A stretch of 64,000 nucleotides of DNA from Takakia lepidozioides (lineage: Eukaryota; Plantae; Bryophyta). Both the position numbers and the translations under genes were made by a program. Positions 36,913 to 51,253 of the stretch are shown one piece after another (within the stretch, counting starts at the first letter, position 1; every line of letters begins with the position of its first letter). Below the pieces are notes generated by a model. It did no database searches. It saw nothing but the letters and a program-made list of their open reading frames with translations, and was not told where the DNA came from. The stretch lies in the NCBI GenBank assembly GCA_030704615.1, contig CM060733.1, positions 30,256,001 to 30,320,000 of the forward strand, read 5' to 3'.

Positions 36913-39878
36913 GACATCTTATTTGAGCTCAACCCTCCCACGTCTTCCAATGGACTGGCTGGGCTTCTGCAAGGCATGGACAAGAAACATGACGGACACC
37001 CTTGGTGCAGGACAAAAACGTCAAACATCCACAACGACATTGGATTGAAATTTCGAAGGTCGGTTTGCGTTGGGCATTGCAAGTGCCTGAATATAACTTG
37101 CCATCGCCTGAGAAACAGCGCTCAACCAAACGAGAGTGAGTGGGAAGGTATGCCATTGAATCCTTTCACCCCAGGACTTGCCCCTCCCAAGACCAATACT
37201 TTTGTGTGCAGGTTCTGCAAACTTTCCCCGTCCTGTGTTTCTGTGTGCCACGCTCGTATGTACCAGGTGGCACACCGGTGCAAAACAATGACTCGTGCCT
37301 GCATTCATATGGGTGCACACGAGCATCCTGTGTCCAAAGGAAGTTGCAGGGATAGCGTGGACATCGCTAGAAATCTGCTGAAGCAGGAGTTCCACAATGC
37401 CCCTTCTGCAACACCTTTTGCTATAGCGCTTGCAGCTAGCAAGGCTTTCCTGGAAAAACACATATTGGGTGAAGGGGATTCGACACAGCCAATGCTGGAT
37501 GCAGATTCGCTTGATGCAGTGATGGACCATTTCTCCGTGTTGAGCTCTCCCAATATTCGAAACCAGGTGAATGCACTCAAAGTCGGCACAGGCAATGCTG
37601 GATTCATGGACAACATTATGGACCTCAAACGGAGAAGTCGCTATGAATTCATTCAAAACAGTATCTTCCCTGGCCAGGGCTCATCCAAGGTTTATTTGTT
37701 CAAGATGTCCGCAGTGGGCGAAGGCAGTGGTATTAGCATTGTCCGCCGAATGCAACCTGGAGGAGATTTGGCTAAATGTTGGTTGATGTTTGATCACTGC
37801 AAACGGGTCAAGGGTTGGACAACCATGGCGTGCCATGTGTATGATCCAGCGTACCAACGTGTGCTCTCAATAGCAATTTGTGATATGCAGTCGGAGGACA
37901 CTGAATCCCAGATGCTCATGTGGAATTCGCTCCTGGCCGTCATGCAGCGCAACGGAATACAGAAGACAAATTTTGCGGGCTTCATGGCTGATAGTGCACA
38001 GGCAAATTTCAATGCAGTGCGGCGCGTGTTTGGTTTGGGGGATCCTAAGGTCCCAATGGAAAATAGGGAGCGCACATGCCTCTTCCATTGGAGTCAATCT
38101 CTGGCACGTCATATAAAGCGGTGCATTCGCCCTGACCTTCAGTTGGAGCACAGAAGGCTCTGTCTCAAGTACAAAAATGCCAACTCAATGGGAGAAGCTG
38201 AGAGCACTTACCAAGCAATCCGGGCTTGGTGGTTCTCCTCTGGTGCTGCTACTGGTATCCACCTGAAGGAGTTGGAGGACTGGTTGGTTTTCTGGCACTT
38301 CAGATACAGACAGTGGGGAGCTTTCATGACGACGGTAAGCCTCTCGAATCCCAAAATCAGAAATTTTGCAACATGCCTCTTCATTTGGGGTTCTTGGATT
38401 GTCGCTTGAAGAACCACTTCCATTTCCTTTCCTTCCTCACATTTCCATGCAATGCCTCGTGCAGGAAATGTCCTTGGAGGACTTGGCCGACATGCCATCC
38501 TGTAATTTGGCGGAGACTGTTCATAACGCCTGGATGCAGCAATCTACCAAAGCAGGTCGTGACTTGTATGTGGCCACTGCTGATGACATGGTGCGGGCAC
38601 TCACACAACAAACCAGGTACCGCAATTTTCTGATGGGACGGGGTGGAGGCAAGGGCCCCGGTTCGACTTTGTTGATGCTAAGGGCTGCGAGTAGGTCTGG
38701 AGACCCATCCAAGATGGCCAAAGCTCTGAACAGGTGCACTGAAGGCTCCCCATTGCAATCCAGGCTCCCTCATTTGGAAGGCGAGGAAAGATTTGGATCA
38801 TGCAAAAGGAAATTGAACACTCTTCCAGGTTCAGATGGAGATTCCCATCGCCCAGACAGGGTCAATTTCTCTGTGCCAAAGGTGTCTCCAGTGCAGACTA
38901 AGTCCTGTGCCGGCCCCTTCCCAGGTGGGTCCTCCTCCTGTAGAGCAGGTGCAGAACAGGCAAGCACAGCAGCAGGAATCCCATTGGAGGAGGTGGTGGC
39001 CATGGTGCAGGAATCTGATTGCATTGATAGTGAGTGGCATATAGAACGCACCCCACCAGGATCTAGAGTTGCTTGCATGGCAATTCGGACCCCCTCTTTC
39101 AAGAAATGCAAATCAAAAATATGCAAAGGCTCCAGGGGGGCTCCAGCTCCAACATTCACAGGGTTGTTCCGACCTTATCATAGTGGGGAGTCAAAGGACC
39201 ACAAGTTCTGGTTCTGCCCAGACGATATGGCACGATGCGTCAAGGGAACAGTTCGTCCTTCGGTGATAATGAAACCCCCTCCCCCCGCAATTTGGCCTGT
39301 GAAACTTGGGACGTCGCTGTCAACAACCGAGATAAGCATGCTGGAGGAGGGAGGGTTTTGTCTTGCACGATCCCGAGTGGTGCCCTTGTGCACTGTCGGC
39401 ACAGATGTGCCACAAGCTCCGGCAATGCCTCCACCCGGTGCCGACTCCCACCCAACAAAAAGAGATGGAAAAACAGTGCGCCGTGTCGCTTCGGGTGCAG
39501 ATCACGAATGCAAGATGGAATCGGCTAGAATTTTGCAGGCTCGGGTGGCTCGTATCACCGAAGTCCCTGCCCCGGGGTATGGACGGATTTACACAGTGCT
39601 GTCTATTGGCTCAGTTCTTCATGGCAAAGAATATCAGGTTACCGTGGGGAATTTCCCTACTTGCACTTGTCCGGATTTTGTAACGATGCGTGAGGGCGCT
39701 CTCGGCATGAGAGGGAAGTGGGTCCCCTGCAAGCATCAATATTACATATACCTTTGTAATTATGTGTTGCGACGGTAAGAGAGACCAATTCATTCACCAA
39801 GCCACACTAGGCTACGGAGAAGTCATCACCCTTCTGCAGCGGGACACCTCACGTAGGGCTCAGCCAAATTCTCTTTGA
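36913..39878 (+). pseudogene. Duplicate MULE-1 transposase C-terminal part; second right TIR ends at 40255
   Basis: Copy of 23369-26334. Confidence 0.85.
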
Positions 39879-40555
39879 ACACATACGAGCCATGCCCACT
39901 TCCCATACTGGTTTCAAGGTTACCGTGTGAAGACTTTGCATTTAGGACAAACACATACATTTCGTTCACGGAACCAGGGCAAATGCACATGCCATTCATT
40001 GTAAGCGTCTATCTGTGAATTGAAATAGAGTGTGTCAATCATTCTGAGTTCTATTCTGCCATATTTTCATATTACTCTTTTTGTGCAGGCATTGTAGACA
40101 TGGTGCATGGTGGCCCCCTTTGTTTTGTCCACGGTAATAGGCCCTCTTCTTGCAATCCTCGCCTATAGGACTCCAGCAAATTTGTGCCGCTCACGCTTTG
40201 CAGCTACAACGTGAGCTCAGCTCCCAGGCTCACGGGGCTGGGCTCACGCCGTAGCTACGCTGGCTTTAGGGGGGGTAGACAGTTAGTCACAGCCCGTCAC
40301 AGTCTATCACAGCTTTGCACAGCCAGTCACAGCCCGACACAGCTTTACACAGTCAGTCACAGCTCAGCACAGTCACAGCTCGGCACAGCATGACACAGCC
40401 TGTCACAGCGTACATGGGGAACCGTTATCATTGACAGGGAACGACTGTATGGGAACGACATCTGCAGAGGGAACGTGTTACTTCAGGGGTGACGGTTAGT
40501 TAGTTAGGTGGTTAGAACAACTTGCGGGTAGATTAGGCAGGGCGGCAAGAGGTTA

Positions 40556-40790
40556 GCTATTTCATGAGCATGAGCGGCATGAGCGGCATGAGCGGAGTAG
40601 TAAGACAATCGGTTTTCATGAGCAGAAGTACAAATTTCGAAAATAAAAAACAATAAAAAATATTAAAAACATTAATTTAATGCAATGTGTCAGGAAAAAC
40701 AAATATATTATTCGGCCCCTTGAAGGGAAAATTGTAGTTTTGACAGTTGTGCTCATGATATTTCGTCTTCCGCTCATGCCAATTCCCAGC
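40556..40790. mobile_element. Duplicate MITE-like element
   Basis: Copy of 27012-27246. Confidence 0.6.
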
Positions 40791-40793
40791 GAC

Positions 40794-42264
40794 AAACCTC
40801 TGATAAGCGGAAGAATAGCAAGATGGTTGATAATCTTGCACGAGTTTGAGTTCGAGGTTGTTTACAAGCCTGGGAGACTGCATCTTGTGGCGGATCACTT
40901 GTCACGGTTATCAACAGGAGAACCAGCCACAGGAATAGATGATCAATTACCAGATGCGAGTCTATTTGCAGTGGAGGTGCAGGGAAGTGCAGATGACTGG
41001 TTAGATTGGCAGTGGCCAATCAGATACTACCTTGCTCATGGTCAGTGCCCACCTAGTTATGGTAAGGAGCAGAGGAAGAGAATCGCTATCAAAGCTTTAC
41101 CTTATACTATGGTAGGAAGCAGAATGTATAAGCTAGGACCTGATGGAGTACTAAAACGATGCTTGTACCATCATGAAGTAAATAAAGTTTTGGAGGAAGT
41201 TCATAAAGGAGTGGCTGGAGGTCATTTTGGAGAAGAGACTACCAGTAGGAAGATACTACTCGCAGGTTACTGGTGGCCTACTTTGTTCAAAGATGTACAC
41301 GAGTATTGTCAGAGTTGTGATGAATGTCAGAGGCTAGGACCTTTGCAGAGATCTGGAAGGATGGCCTTGCATCCTACAATGCCTACGGAACCATTTCAGA
41401 AATGGGGACTAGACTTTGTTGGACCAATTAACCCACCAGCCAAGAATACACGGAACAGGTACATAATTACAGCCACTGATTATACTACGAAGTGGGTGGA
41501 AGCTAAAGCTTTGAGGGACAACACAGCCAAGTCCACAGCAAGGTTCCTGTATGAGAACATACTTACACGATTTGGCTGTCCCTTAGAATTTATCAGTGAT
41601 CAGGGAAGTCACTTCATGAATGAGATCATTGAGTTGTTGACTAAAGAGTTCATGATTATGCATAGAAAGAGTACAACATATTACCCACAGGGTAATGGGC
41701 AGGCAGAGGCTACCAACAAAATACTATGTACTATCTTGGCTAAGATAGTCAATGCAAACAGAACGGATTGGGATACAAAGCTGCTGACAGCTTTGTGGTC
41801 ATACAGGACTTCATATAAAGTCACCACTAAGTATACACCATTCCAATTAGTTTATGGTATGGAAGCCTTACTTCCAGTGGAATTCCTGTTACCTACCATG
41901 AGAACGGAGTGGGGAAAGAGAATGGAATTGCAAGATTCCATTAAGGTCAGGAAACATGAATTATACCATGTGGAAGAAGTACGTGCTGATGCAGCTGATA
42001 ATATGACTAGAATTCAGATGAAGAGAAATGAATAGTTTGATGAAGGCAAGTTAAAGACTTTTAAGACGGGGGATTTGGTTCTATGGTTGCAGAAGAAAGG
42101 AAAGATTAAAGCTTCTAAGCTTAAATCACCATGGAAAGGACCTTATGTCATACAAAAGATGTATGACAACAACACCGCCATGTTACAAACCATTAACAAA
42201 GAAATGCTGGGAAGAGTCAATGCCAATAAGTTAAAGGGATATAGTGGTATCCATGACAAACCCT
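40794..42264 (+). pseudogene. Duplicate integrase of Gypsy copy B
   Basis: Copy of 27250-28720 (WSYRT here, WSYMT in copy 1). Confidence 0.9.
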
Positions 42265-42385
42265 TGCAGCATGATTTGCATGTTGAAACGCAAGAGCAGT
42301 CACGGGCTGCACCAGTGTTACCAACGGAGTATGGAGCACTTGTCGCTAGGCCAAGCATATATGACCAGGGCGGGCGGAAAAGTCG

Positions 42386-42704
42386 AAACACAGCCTATCA
42401 CAGCCCATCAAGGCGAAACACAGCCTATCACAGCCCATCAAGGCGAAACACAGCCTATCATAGCCCATCAAGGCGAAACACAGCCTATCACAGCCCATCA
42501 AGGCGAAGCACAACCTATCACAGCCCATCAAGGCGAAACACAGCCTATCACAGCCCATCACAACGTGACACAGCCTATCACAGCCCAGCACGGCGCAACA
42601 CAGCCTATCACAACCTACCACCGCGTGTCACAGCCTATCACAGCTTACCACAGTGCATCACAGCCTATCACAGCGTACCACAGTATGACACAGCCTGTCA
42701 CAGC
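42386..42704. repeat. Duplicate 30-bp minisatellite
   Basis: Copy of 28842-29160. Confidence 0.9.
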
Positions 42705-43425
42705 TCAACACAGCCTACTAGGGTTATACGATCCATAGAATCAGTGACAGGTGGACACACAATAACTTCAGGAAAATGACTGACGGAAGAAAAGACGGAA
42801 ACCAGTTTAAAAATAGACACGTGGAAGTCAGGGCGCGACACATAGCTGAGAAGGAAGTGCAAACAGGTGTCATCAAGAAAGAGGACAAGAATGGCCGTCA
42901 AAATACCTAATCAGCGCGTCAAATTGGATGAAAGGCGGGCCCATTAATGAATACGGAAAAAGGGGAACGGAACAAACGGCAAGTACAGAAAAGCGAAATT
43001 CTTGTCACATGTGTGATCCTAGTGGACTATCCAGCAGGGAAAGTCCACTAAAGAAAATGAAATCTAAAATCCAGTCACAGCGGTTACAGCCAATAGAAAG
43101 CCAGAGAAAGGATCAAGAAATTGGAGGGAAATTAAGCGCAAGAGGCGGCGTCGTTCTGAGTAACGGGCGTCTCGACGGGACAAACCATCAATGCTATAGC
43201 TTTGAAGCTATGGAGGAACTAACAGACTATACGCTCGCAATATTACTTACGCAGTGGCATAGACACGAAAGAACAGAGCGGAGTTTTTCTCTTGATCGAT
43301 GCTTGCAAGCCCCGCAGGCTTACAAGAAATTACCCATAGCTTTTTGTGGCAACCATACGTTTATGCTTTGTGCACTACAGGCATTTCTGCAGTTGTTACA
43401 GCCAAAACATTTCTGTGGGTCTAAA

Positions 43426-46400
43426 ATGAAGAGAGTGAGAGGAATGGAGGAAATCAGGGTGAAGAGCACCACAATTCTGCAGAAACAAACGATTGCTACC
43501 CCACAGGCAATACAGATACTGAAGAAGTTGAGATTGCAAGGATTGCAAATCATAGATTGGACATTGCACCATAGACAGTACATGTTACAATTCTTGCAGA
43601 ACTTTGAGCCAAGGACAAGAACAACAACGGTGAAGGGAGTTGAATTAATAATTACTCCCCTATACCTCCAGCAATTGTTTCGATTGCCAGCAGGTCAGGT
43701 GCATGTGGAGGAGCACAGGGCAAGACTGCAAATAGGGGACTTATTCCAAGAAGGGAGTTTCTTTAAAACTCAGGGTTATGCTTGTACAAAGGCTGTGTAC
43801 CCAGGGCTAAAGGAGGTAGGCCAGGTATTGAACGTTCTGATTGCCATGAAACAGAACCAACAGTATTTGAGCAGATCCTTCACGGAGGAAATACTCAAAG
43901 CCCTGAAAGGACAAGAGGTAGAATGGGCGGACATAATGTACAACGCACTGGTAGAGGAGATGAAAAGATTACAAGGTACTACCTCAAAGTCTCCTATCAT
44001 AGTGTCTGGCCCAATCATTGCTCAAATAATTCTTGATTCTGGCATACTTGATGCGCAAGAAAGAAATGAGATGGGAGTGTTTGAGCCAGAAACCACTGCA
44101 ATGGAAGAGCAAGGCTCTTCACACAGTGAGGGTGGACTAGCAGGGCAACCCGAGACTAAGAGGCAGAGACGGGGAAAGACTGTAGTGGCAGATCCACTGG
44201 CTTCACGGATTCCGCATGATAATGTTTCCCAAGCTCATGTGCAGGAAGGGGCACAGCAGCACAGAGAACTGCTATTACTGGAAGCAGGACCTTCAGAGAG
44301 GGAGGAGGAAGTTACTTCAGTATCACAACCATCACAGCCAGCTGATCGGCTTGTCACAAGGTTACAAGTTGTCCATGCAGCTCAACCAGAAATAATTGAT
44401 CTGGAAAAAGAAGGGTTAGATATTCCAACTACAGAACAGATAGTGGCAGAAATTGAGAAGGGGGACCTTCTCTATGAATATTTTGGTCTGGTCAAGGAGA
44501 CAGGGATTCCAGAGGTGCAACAGTTGCCCAAGGGAAATCTTGAGGTGCATATAATACACACACCTGTGTCGGAGGTACCACAGGTAGAATGTCAAGACAC
44601 TGCAGCACCGGTGATGGATGAAGTGGTTCAGGAAGAAAATCCGGTGGGACAATGACCTGAGTGGTTCGTGAGACATCACACGGTTGAGGATCAGGAGGAA
44701 CAACAGCAACCTCACCATGATGACCCTCAACAGGCAATGCTGATGAGTTCCATAGGCAGGACACTTAATTTGTTGGGGACTTATGTCAAATCCCATGTTC
44801 CAACTACCCAATTGACAGCCTTGAGAGAGGAACTCAGGAAGGAGTTTGAGGCTCGACTAGCCACTGAGTGTGCAAACAAGGTCGATGAAGAGGTCACTCT
44901 CAAGATGCAGCAGGACTTGGAAAATACAGAAGCGGCTTTGCAATTGGCCAAGGAACAATTGATTGAGGCAGGCCTCGCGCAAGACCAGTTGCACAAAGCA
45001 CATAAGCAACAGCTATACCAAATGCAGGTGCAACATGAAAGCAAGTTGCAAGAAGTGAATGCACTACATACGGAGTTGCAGACAGTGCATGACAGGATGG
45101 CGATACAATGTGCTACATTCACAACTATGCTTGACCAATCTACAAAAGAAATAAACAGTCAAGCGGAAAAATGTACGAAGGCAGAAGAAGAGAATGTTGA
45201 GCAAATGAAACTCATTGTCGATATGAAGAATACAATCTGTCGCAATGAGGATACTTTCAAGCAATACAGGCAGGTTGAAGCTGATCAAGAGAAGTACATC
45301 CTGGAGTTGCAACAAACGCTCGTGGCCAATAGAAATGAAATCTCGGTCACTAACAAGGCTTGGAAGGAAGCCAATAATCTACTTGCTGCCTATGCGAATT
45401 TGGTTGAACCTCATGCGAAGCGCATGGAGGCTTTACAACAGCAGTTAGAAGTGTACAAACTCAGAGAGGAGCACACTCTCAGAGGAACCACAAGCAACTT
45501 GGTGGATAACAGCCTTATGCAGGTATCGTTAGCACAAGGGCCAGTGGAGGGCAAAGCACCACGAAAGCTCACCCAAAGCGAGATGAATGAGCTCAGACTG
45601 CATGCAAGTGCAGAACATTGCCACAACTACTATAGACAATGTCTATAGTAGGATAGCAGAGTTACAAGAGGATGTAGACGGACTGCAGACTCAAGTGGAG
45701 GACCTCACTTCAAATATCGACAAAAAAGTCTATATCCCTCAGGAACAGCTAATGGCTTCTTATTTACAAGCCAGAACTTTGGCTTTTCAGTCTTCACAGG
45801 AGGTGCAGGAGATGCCAATGATACAAGAGCCAGTACCACCAACACCACAACAAGTCACTGTACCAGTAGCTGAACCTGTTGTTACTACAACCACACCACA
45901 GCCACCACAACCTGAGGTATGGGGCAATGCTGCTTTTAACCCACCTAAAACTCCAGCTGCAAGGGAGTACAATAGGGCTATGATTATGCCCTTCAACCAA
46001 ATTCCCATCATGTTGGATTTGGCTTGGAAAGAATTTAGTCCTCCGCAGTCATTCGCACATTACTACCAAATCATGCGTATTTGGCTGCCAGTGGCAACTA
46101 GGACTAAAGTTCTTCCGAACAATCGACATATTGAGGATCATCACTTTGCACAATACTGGCATGAGGCAAGTACAATGTTGAAGGAATTAATTGCTTTCCA
46201 AGTTGTACATGGATTCATTTATACCAAGACCAAGAAGGTAGCAAGTATTGTCATGGGATGCGGACTATACTACGCTGCTTGTTTTCTGGTACGTTATCAC
46301 ATTGAGCAGCACAAAATGCAATCGCGCTTTCTGAGTTATTCCAGTGGGGATCATTGGGTCTTACCTTCAGTGCCACCTCATATGTACCTATATGAGGCAA

Positions 46401-46981
46401 AAGTTATGATGCAAAAGGATTCTCAAATTCGTTCATGGTTTCAAGCGGCCTGGAACAATTTGTCAACACAGAAATTCGGCATTGATGATATTTTCTATAA
46501 GGGACATGTGGCATGGAAATACTTGCACGGTGCACAAGTAATTGGTACCCCACTCACCTGGACTGACAAGGAGCTCAGTGTCTTCACCAATTTTGTTGTT
46601 CAGTGTTTACAGCAAGTTGTAAAACATAAACTTCCAGACATGGTAGGACAACATTGTATGCCCCAGAGGATTCCACAAAAAGTTCGACAATTAAAACACC
46701 TGAGAGGCGATGAGGATTCTGATACAACTGTTTCTTTAGCGGATTCTTTTAACATGGGAGAAGACTATGCAATTCAGATGGCAGAGAAGAAGCGACGGGG
46801 GTCTCCTATGCCTGAAAGGTTACCTCGATATCAGCCTCCAGAGGGCCTCACTTATCCTGGTAGTGTTCAAACATCTCCGTCAACCAGTGACAGACCTCGG
46901 GCTCGTACACACAGTCCGCCACGAAACTCTCAACGTCAGAAATGTGCTCACTCACAAAGGTTTGCTAATCGCAATCAGTAA
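43426..46981 (+). pseudogene. Duplicate extra ORF
   Basis: Copy of 29882-33436, lacking one frameshift. Confidence 0.8.
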
Positions 46982-47019
46982 ACCGTGAGGACACGACTTT
47001 TTGAGAGGGGAAGGGGTAA

Positions 47020-47810
47020 TGTTAGAGGACTGTCTGGGACTTAGACACTTATACGGGATCTGTAGGGTACCCTTAATTTTTGCACAGACTGAGACCAACA
47101 GGAACCTGAGGGGTGATAGCAGCGCACTGTAGAGGGGGGTTACACAGTCCGTCACAGTCCGTCACAGCCCACACAGCCACATAGCCAGTCACAGCCGACA
47201 CAGCCAGACACAGTCAGCACAGCTCGTCACAGCCTGACATAGCCAAACACAGTCGCACAGCCAGTCACAGCCCGTCACAGTTTCACACAGCCAGTCACAA
47301 CTTGACACAACTGTCACGACCATAGGGAACGGAGAGCAGGACAGGGAACGACTGTGGGGAACAACACCTGCAAATGGAACATGTTAGTTCACGGACGACG
47401 GTTAGTGAGGGAAACGGTTAGAACCACGGGTAGGAAGATAAAGGGAGAAGCAAGGACTGAGGAGGATATGGATTCTTGGAAGCACTTCACGGGGAGGACT
47501 TCTTGGTCATGCATGAGAGGGGATCGGGCGGAGAGCAAGAACGGAAGCAAAGATGGAGAGCACGGTGAAGGAGGAAAGATGATTAGTAGATGCTTGTTAT
47601 ATGCAAAGCTGTAGTGATATTGTAGAGCAGATTAGAGACACAATGGCTTCGGCCTGATACCTGATAAATCATAATCTGATACTTATACGATACAATCACA
47701 CTGTGTAGAGAGATCAGAGTGAAGCTGTGGAATGAATGGATGAGTTGATGGAATCTGATAGATTGATGAAGCAAACTGATACTTAATTATCAATGGTAAG
47801 GTAGCTAACA
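47020..47810 (+). repeat. Duplicate 3' LTR
   Basis: TGTTAG...CTAACA. Confidence 0.85.
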
Positions 47811-48540
47811 TGAATGCGGAAAGGGAAACAAATAGGAAACACCCCCATGATACACTAGCTATAGGTCATGACTGATTGTTCTGCGTGGGCTGAGTACTTA
47901 GAGATTTCCAACTCTTCTATCTTGGAGTTTCCGCCTCGGATAGCGAAGGGATGGGTGAGTAAAAGCCGCGCGACACATGTGTTACACAGGCATGGACGAT
48001 CCCCTGTACGAGGCTCTTCTCCACAAGTGTAGACATCAAGCTCACTTACCTGGCATCCCTCCCAAGCTCATGCGACGGGGGCTGCTATTTCATGAGCCAT
48101 GAGCCATGAGCGGCATGAGCCATGAGCAGAGTCGTAAGTGTGGAAAAAAACATGAGCAGCACTATTTTCCGGAAATGAGTGTCCGCGGGAATAGGGTTTA
48201 GGGTGCCACGGTCATAGGGGGAGAAGGACCTCCCGATGAAGGAGGTTCGGCAATGTTATTTAGAATTATATATTGAAAGGCAATGTTTCGCGAATGGTAG
48301 GGTGGTACTGCTCTGTACAATGGGGGCCCATTTCAGCCTACCAGCCATTTGCAAAATTCACCCACACTCCCAATCCCAAACGAAATGAGCAATGACGCAT
48401 TCTCGGAACGATGGACACAGAATAGAATAAAAAAGAGGGCACAATGAGGTTTTTCTTGATCCACATGAATTGCATTTGAAGCACGTCTACTGTGCTGATT
48501 GTGCCATCAAATCTTGAGCCCTGTGCCTACTGAATACAAG

Positions 48541-49104
48541 TCACGTTGTCAATGGGACTTCGACTGCTCTCAGAACTAGCTCATGAGTCATGGGGCTCCT
48601 CCATGTAAAGTCGATTGCAGCCGTTGTACCGCCCCTAGTGATGTTCACCACAATGTCCTGCCCTTCAATCATACCACCATCGAATATGGAAATCTTCACG
48701 TTTTCGTCGTCCACACCAATGCGAATGTCCCCATACAATGGAGAAGAGGAGCGCACTCCTCGAGGAGAATAGGTCTCTCCGATGGAGTCCACCCACGTCC
48801 AGTGGCAGCAGTTCCACCGCAACAGCATAGCAGTGCGCCTTCTTCTGCATGGGTGACCGTCGTAGCTGGGAAAATCGGAATCGAGGATGCGCAGGAGCCA
48901 CGGACTCCTCAGACCAAGATCGTCACCCCGCTCGAAGGCGTAGTGGCCTACGATATACTCAAAAGCCACCAATGTTTCCACAATCGAACCAGTATCTTCT
49001 GTGTAATCTGTGTACCAGATAACAATGTCTCCCGATGTGGCCGAATACATTGCATAATCGATGCCTCCAAAGGGGCAGTCGTCCCGGTTCCGGAAGCACG
49101 GCAT
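48541..49104 (-). CDS. Unknown ~187-aa protein, paralog 1 (frame open to 49371)
   Basis: Aligns end to end with 49655-50233 (MPC.RN..DCP...DYAM....SGDI..W; RWNCC.WT; YGDIR; DGG.I.G.DIVV; ELVLR..EVP). Confidence 0.75.
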   Translation of the reverse strand: MPCFRNRDDCPFGGIDYAMYSATSGDIVIWYTDYTEDTGSIVETLVAFEYIVGHYAFERGDDLGLRSPWLLRILDSDFPSYDGHPCRRRRTAMLLRWNCCHWTWVDSIGETYSPRGVRSSSPLYGDIRIGVDDENVKISIFDGGMIEGQDIVVNITRGGTTAAIDFTWRSPMTHELVLRAVEVPLTT

Positions 49105-49654
49105 CCTTGCAAAGGAGGACCTGAGGACGACTTGGATGCCGATGACCTTGCGGACAGCTACGAAGCCCTTAGATTTTGGAAATGATACGAAGCGGAAGAG
49201 CAGTCCGGCCTCCAATAATGGAGCATCTGGGTCACACGTACCCACCGACGGAGGTGGAACGTGTTCATCACGCCAGCGGTGGATGAAGCCATACATCTTT
49301 CTCATCAACAAGTTATAGTTTGAGATCTGCCACCGAAGTCCATCCCCCCGGATGGAAATTCGGCGCCGCATTTACATCGAAGAGGGGATGGACTTCGTCG
49401 TGTCCAGTGGCTATCGGCCCACCTGGCAGTGACTGCCCATAGTTTGCATGGCAGGGTAGGAAACTGAAACGACTACATTCATGCAGCAGCCAATCTTCAT
49501 CGGTCCAAGATCCTGTAGGGGGGAAATTTAAATGTGCCCTGGAGTGTTTGTGAGGAATTGCAGCGTTAGCTTGAACTTTTTCCAGCCACCGCGTTGCTCC
49601 TCCTCCATCCGGGAGCTGCTGTCATTGAGCGTACTCCGCTACTCTTTTTCAAGG

Positions 49655-50233
49655 ATGCCGTGCCGCCGAAATCCAGCCGACTGCCCTTATCATGGCCACG
49701 ATTATGCTATGTTCAAACCAGAATCAGGAGACATCATTGTCTGGCTCTCTGTTTTCACAGACGCTGCTGGAATCAAGCAAGAGTCTTTGCGCGCAATGGA
49801 GTATTTGGAGGGCTATTACCGCTTTGAGCGAGGTGAGGGCGAGGGTCAATGCGGTCCGTGGGTCCTGAAAATTGTTGACCTCGATATACCAAGCTGGAAA
49901 GGGATGCCGGATAGATCACGCACGGCCTCGCTTTGGCGCTGGAACTGCTGCCAGTGGACCAGGGAGGACGGCACCGGGGAAAACTATATACGTGCCGATC
50001 ACTCCGCTCTTCCAGTGTATGGAGACATTCGGCTGCGTTGCGAAGACGAATCGCAAGGGCACATGAGGCCCACAGTGACCTTGTCAATGTATGATGGTGG
50101 TATCATTGATGGACATGACATTGTCGTCGGCTCCAGCAAGGGCAGCAGAACGACCGAATTGCAGTTTACCTCGAGGTGCCGCAGCAGTGATGAGCTTGTT
50201 TTGAGGGGTATCGAAGTTCCGTCGACTTGGTGA
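49655..50233 (+). CDS. Unknown ~192-aa protein, paralog 2 (frame open from 49532)
   Basis: Divergently oriented paralog of 48541-49104; both frames intact. Confidence 0.75.
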   Translation: MPCRRNPADCPYHGHDYAMFKPESGDIIVWLSVFTDAAGIKQESLRAMEYLEGYYRFERGEGEGQCGPWVLKIVDLDIPSWKGMPDRSRTASLWRWNCCQWTREDGTGENYIRADHSALPVYGDIRLRCEDESQGHMRPTVTLSMYDGGIIDGHDIVVGSSKGSRTTELQFTSRCRSSDELVLRGIEVPSTW

Positions 50234-50489
50234 AGCCCATGTAGAAGGAGGAAGGGCTTAGTTTTGTCTGCAGTTGGTAAATGAGAGACATCGTGTCCGA
50301 TCAATAAACCCATCGTACCTCACTTCTATATGATTGTGTTTCATTGTGTTGAATAACTGTCGGAATTGGCCCACTGTTTACAATTTGATGTCTCATTTCT
50401 ACAATGTGTCTGTCCGGATGAATATAGCAGAGTAACCGGTATGTGAGTCATGTGTCAAGAATATACCAGAGTAACGCCATGTCGGCATC

Positions 50490-51253
50490 GAAATGCGGCG
50501 CCGCATTTCCATGTCGGCATCGAAATGCGGCGCCGCATTTCCATGTCGGGATCGAAATGCGGTGCCGCATTTCCATGTCCGACAAGAAAATGCGGTGCAT
50601 CATTTCCGTCCAGGTACACGAAATACCAACACGGGTCTATAAATTGATCAGAAAACGAGGTTGGCATTGCAAATGCGGCGACGCATTTCCAGCTTGGCAA
50701 TGGAAACTTCTTTTTGGACAAGGGAATGCGGTGCCGCATTTCCGTACAACACTTCGAAAACTGTGACATTTCCGACCAGCGCGATGGAATGCGTTACCGC
50801 ATTTCCGAGAGAGGGTCTGCAAATGGACAAATTGCGATGTCCGTTCTGGAAATGCGGCGCCGCATTTCCATGTCCGTCATCGACTTTTTTTTAACAATGG
50901 AATGCGGTGCCAATTTTTTGCTGATGGGCCTGCAGTTCGAACAACGACCATCCCCAATACTGAAATGCGGCACCGCATTTTCAATCCCGCCATGTCGACC
51001 TCCTTGTTCGACCTCGTTGTTCGACCTCTATAAGCGTGGTGGCATCCATGCAATGAGCGGGAGAGGCCAAAACTGGCGTGTGGACAAAGGAAATTTTGGA
51101 AATGCGGCACCGCATTTCCAATTCAGATTACTTTTTACTATGCCAACATTGAAATGGAAAATTTAGTCCCTCCCCTGTTTTGGAAATGCGGTGCCGCATT
51201 TCCAAAAGAGGTTCTTAGAGTTCCCCTGTTTTGGAAATGCGGTGCCCCATTTC
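50490..51253. repeat. Cluster of 13 palindromes GAAATGCG-N4-CGCATTTC
   Basis: ATGCG cores at 50493, 50525, 50557, 50590, 50673, 50726, 50789, 50852, 50902, 50965, 51102, 51186 and 51237. Confidence 0.92.

Noticed and set aside
48192-48203. Telomeric repeat (TAGGGTTTAGGG)
   Set aside because: Fewer than two units; at most a telo-box
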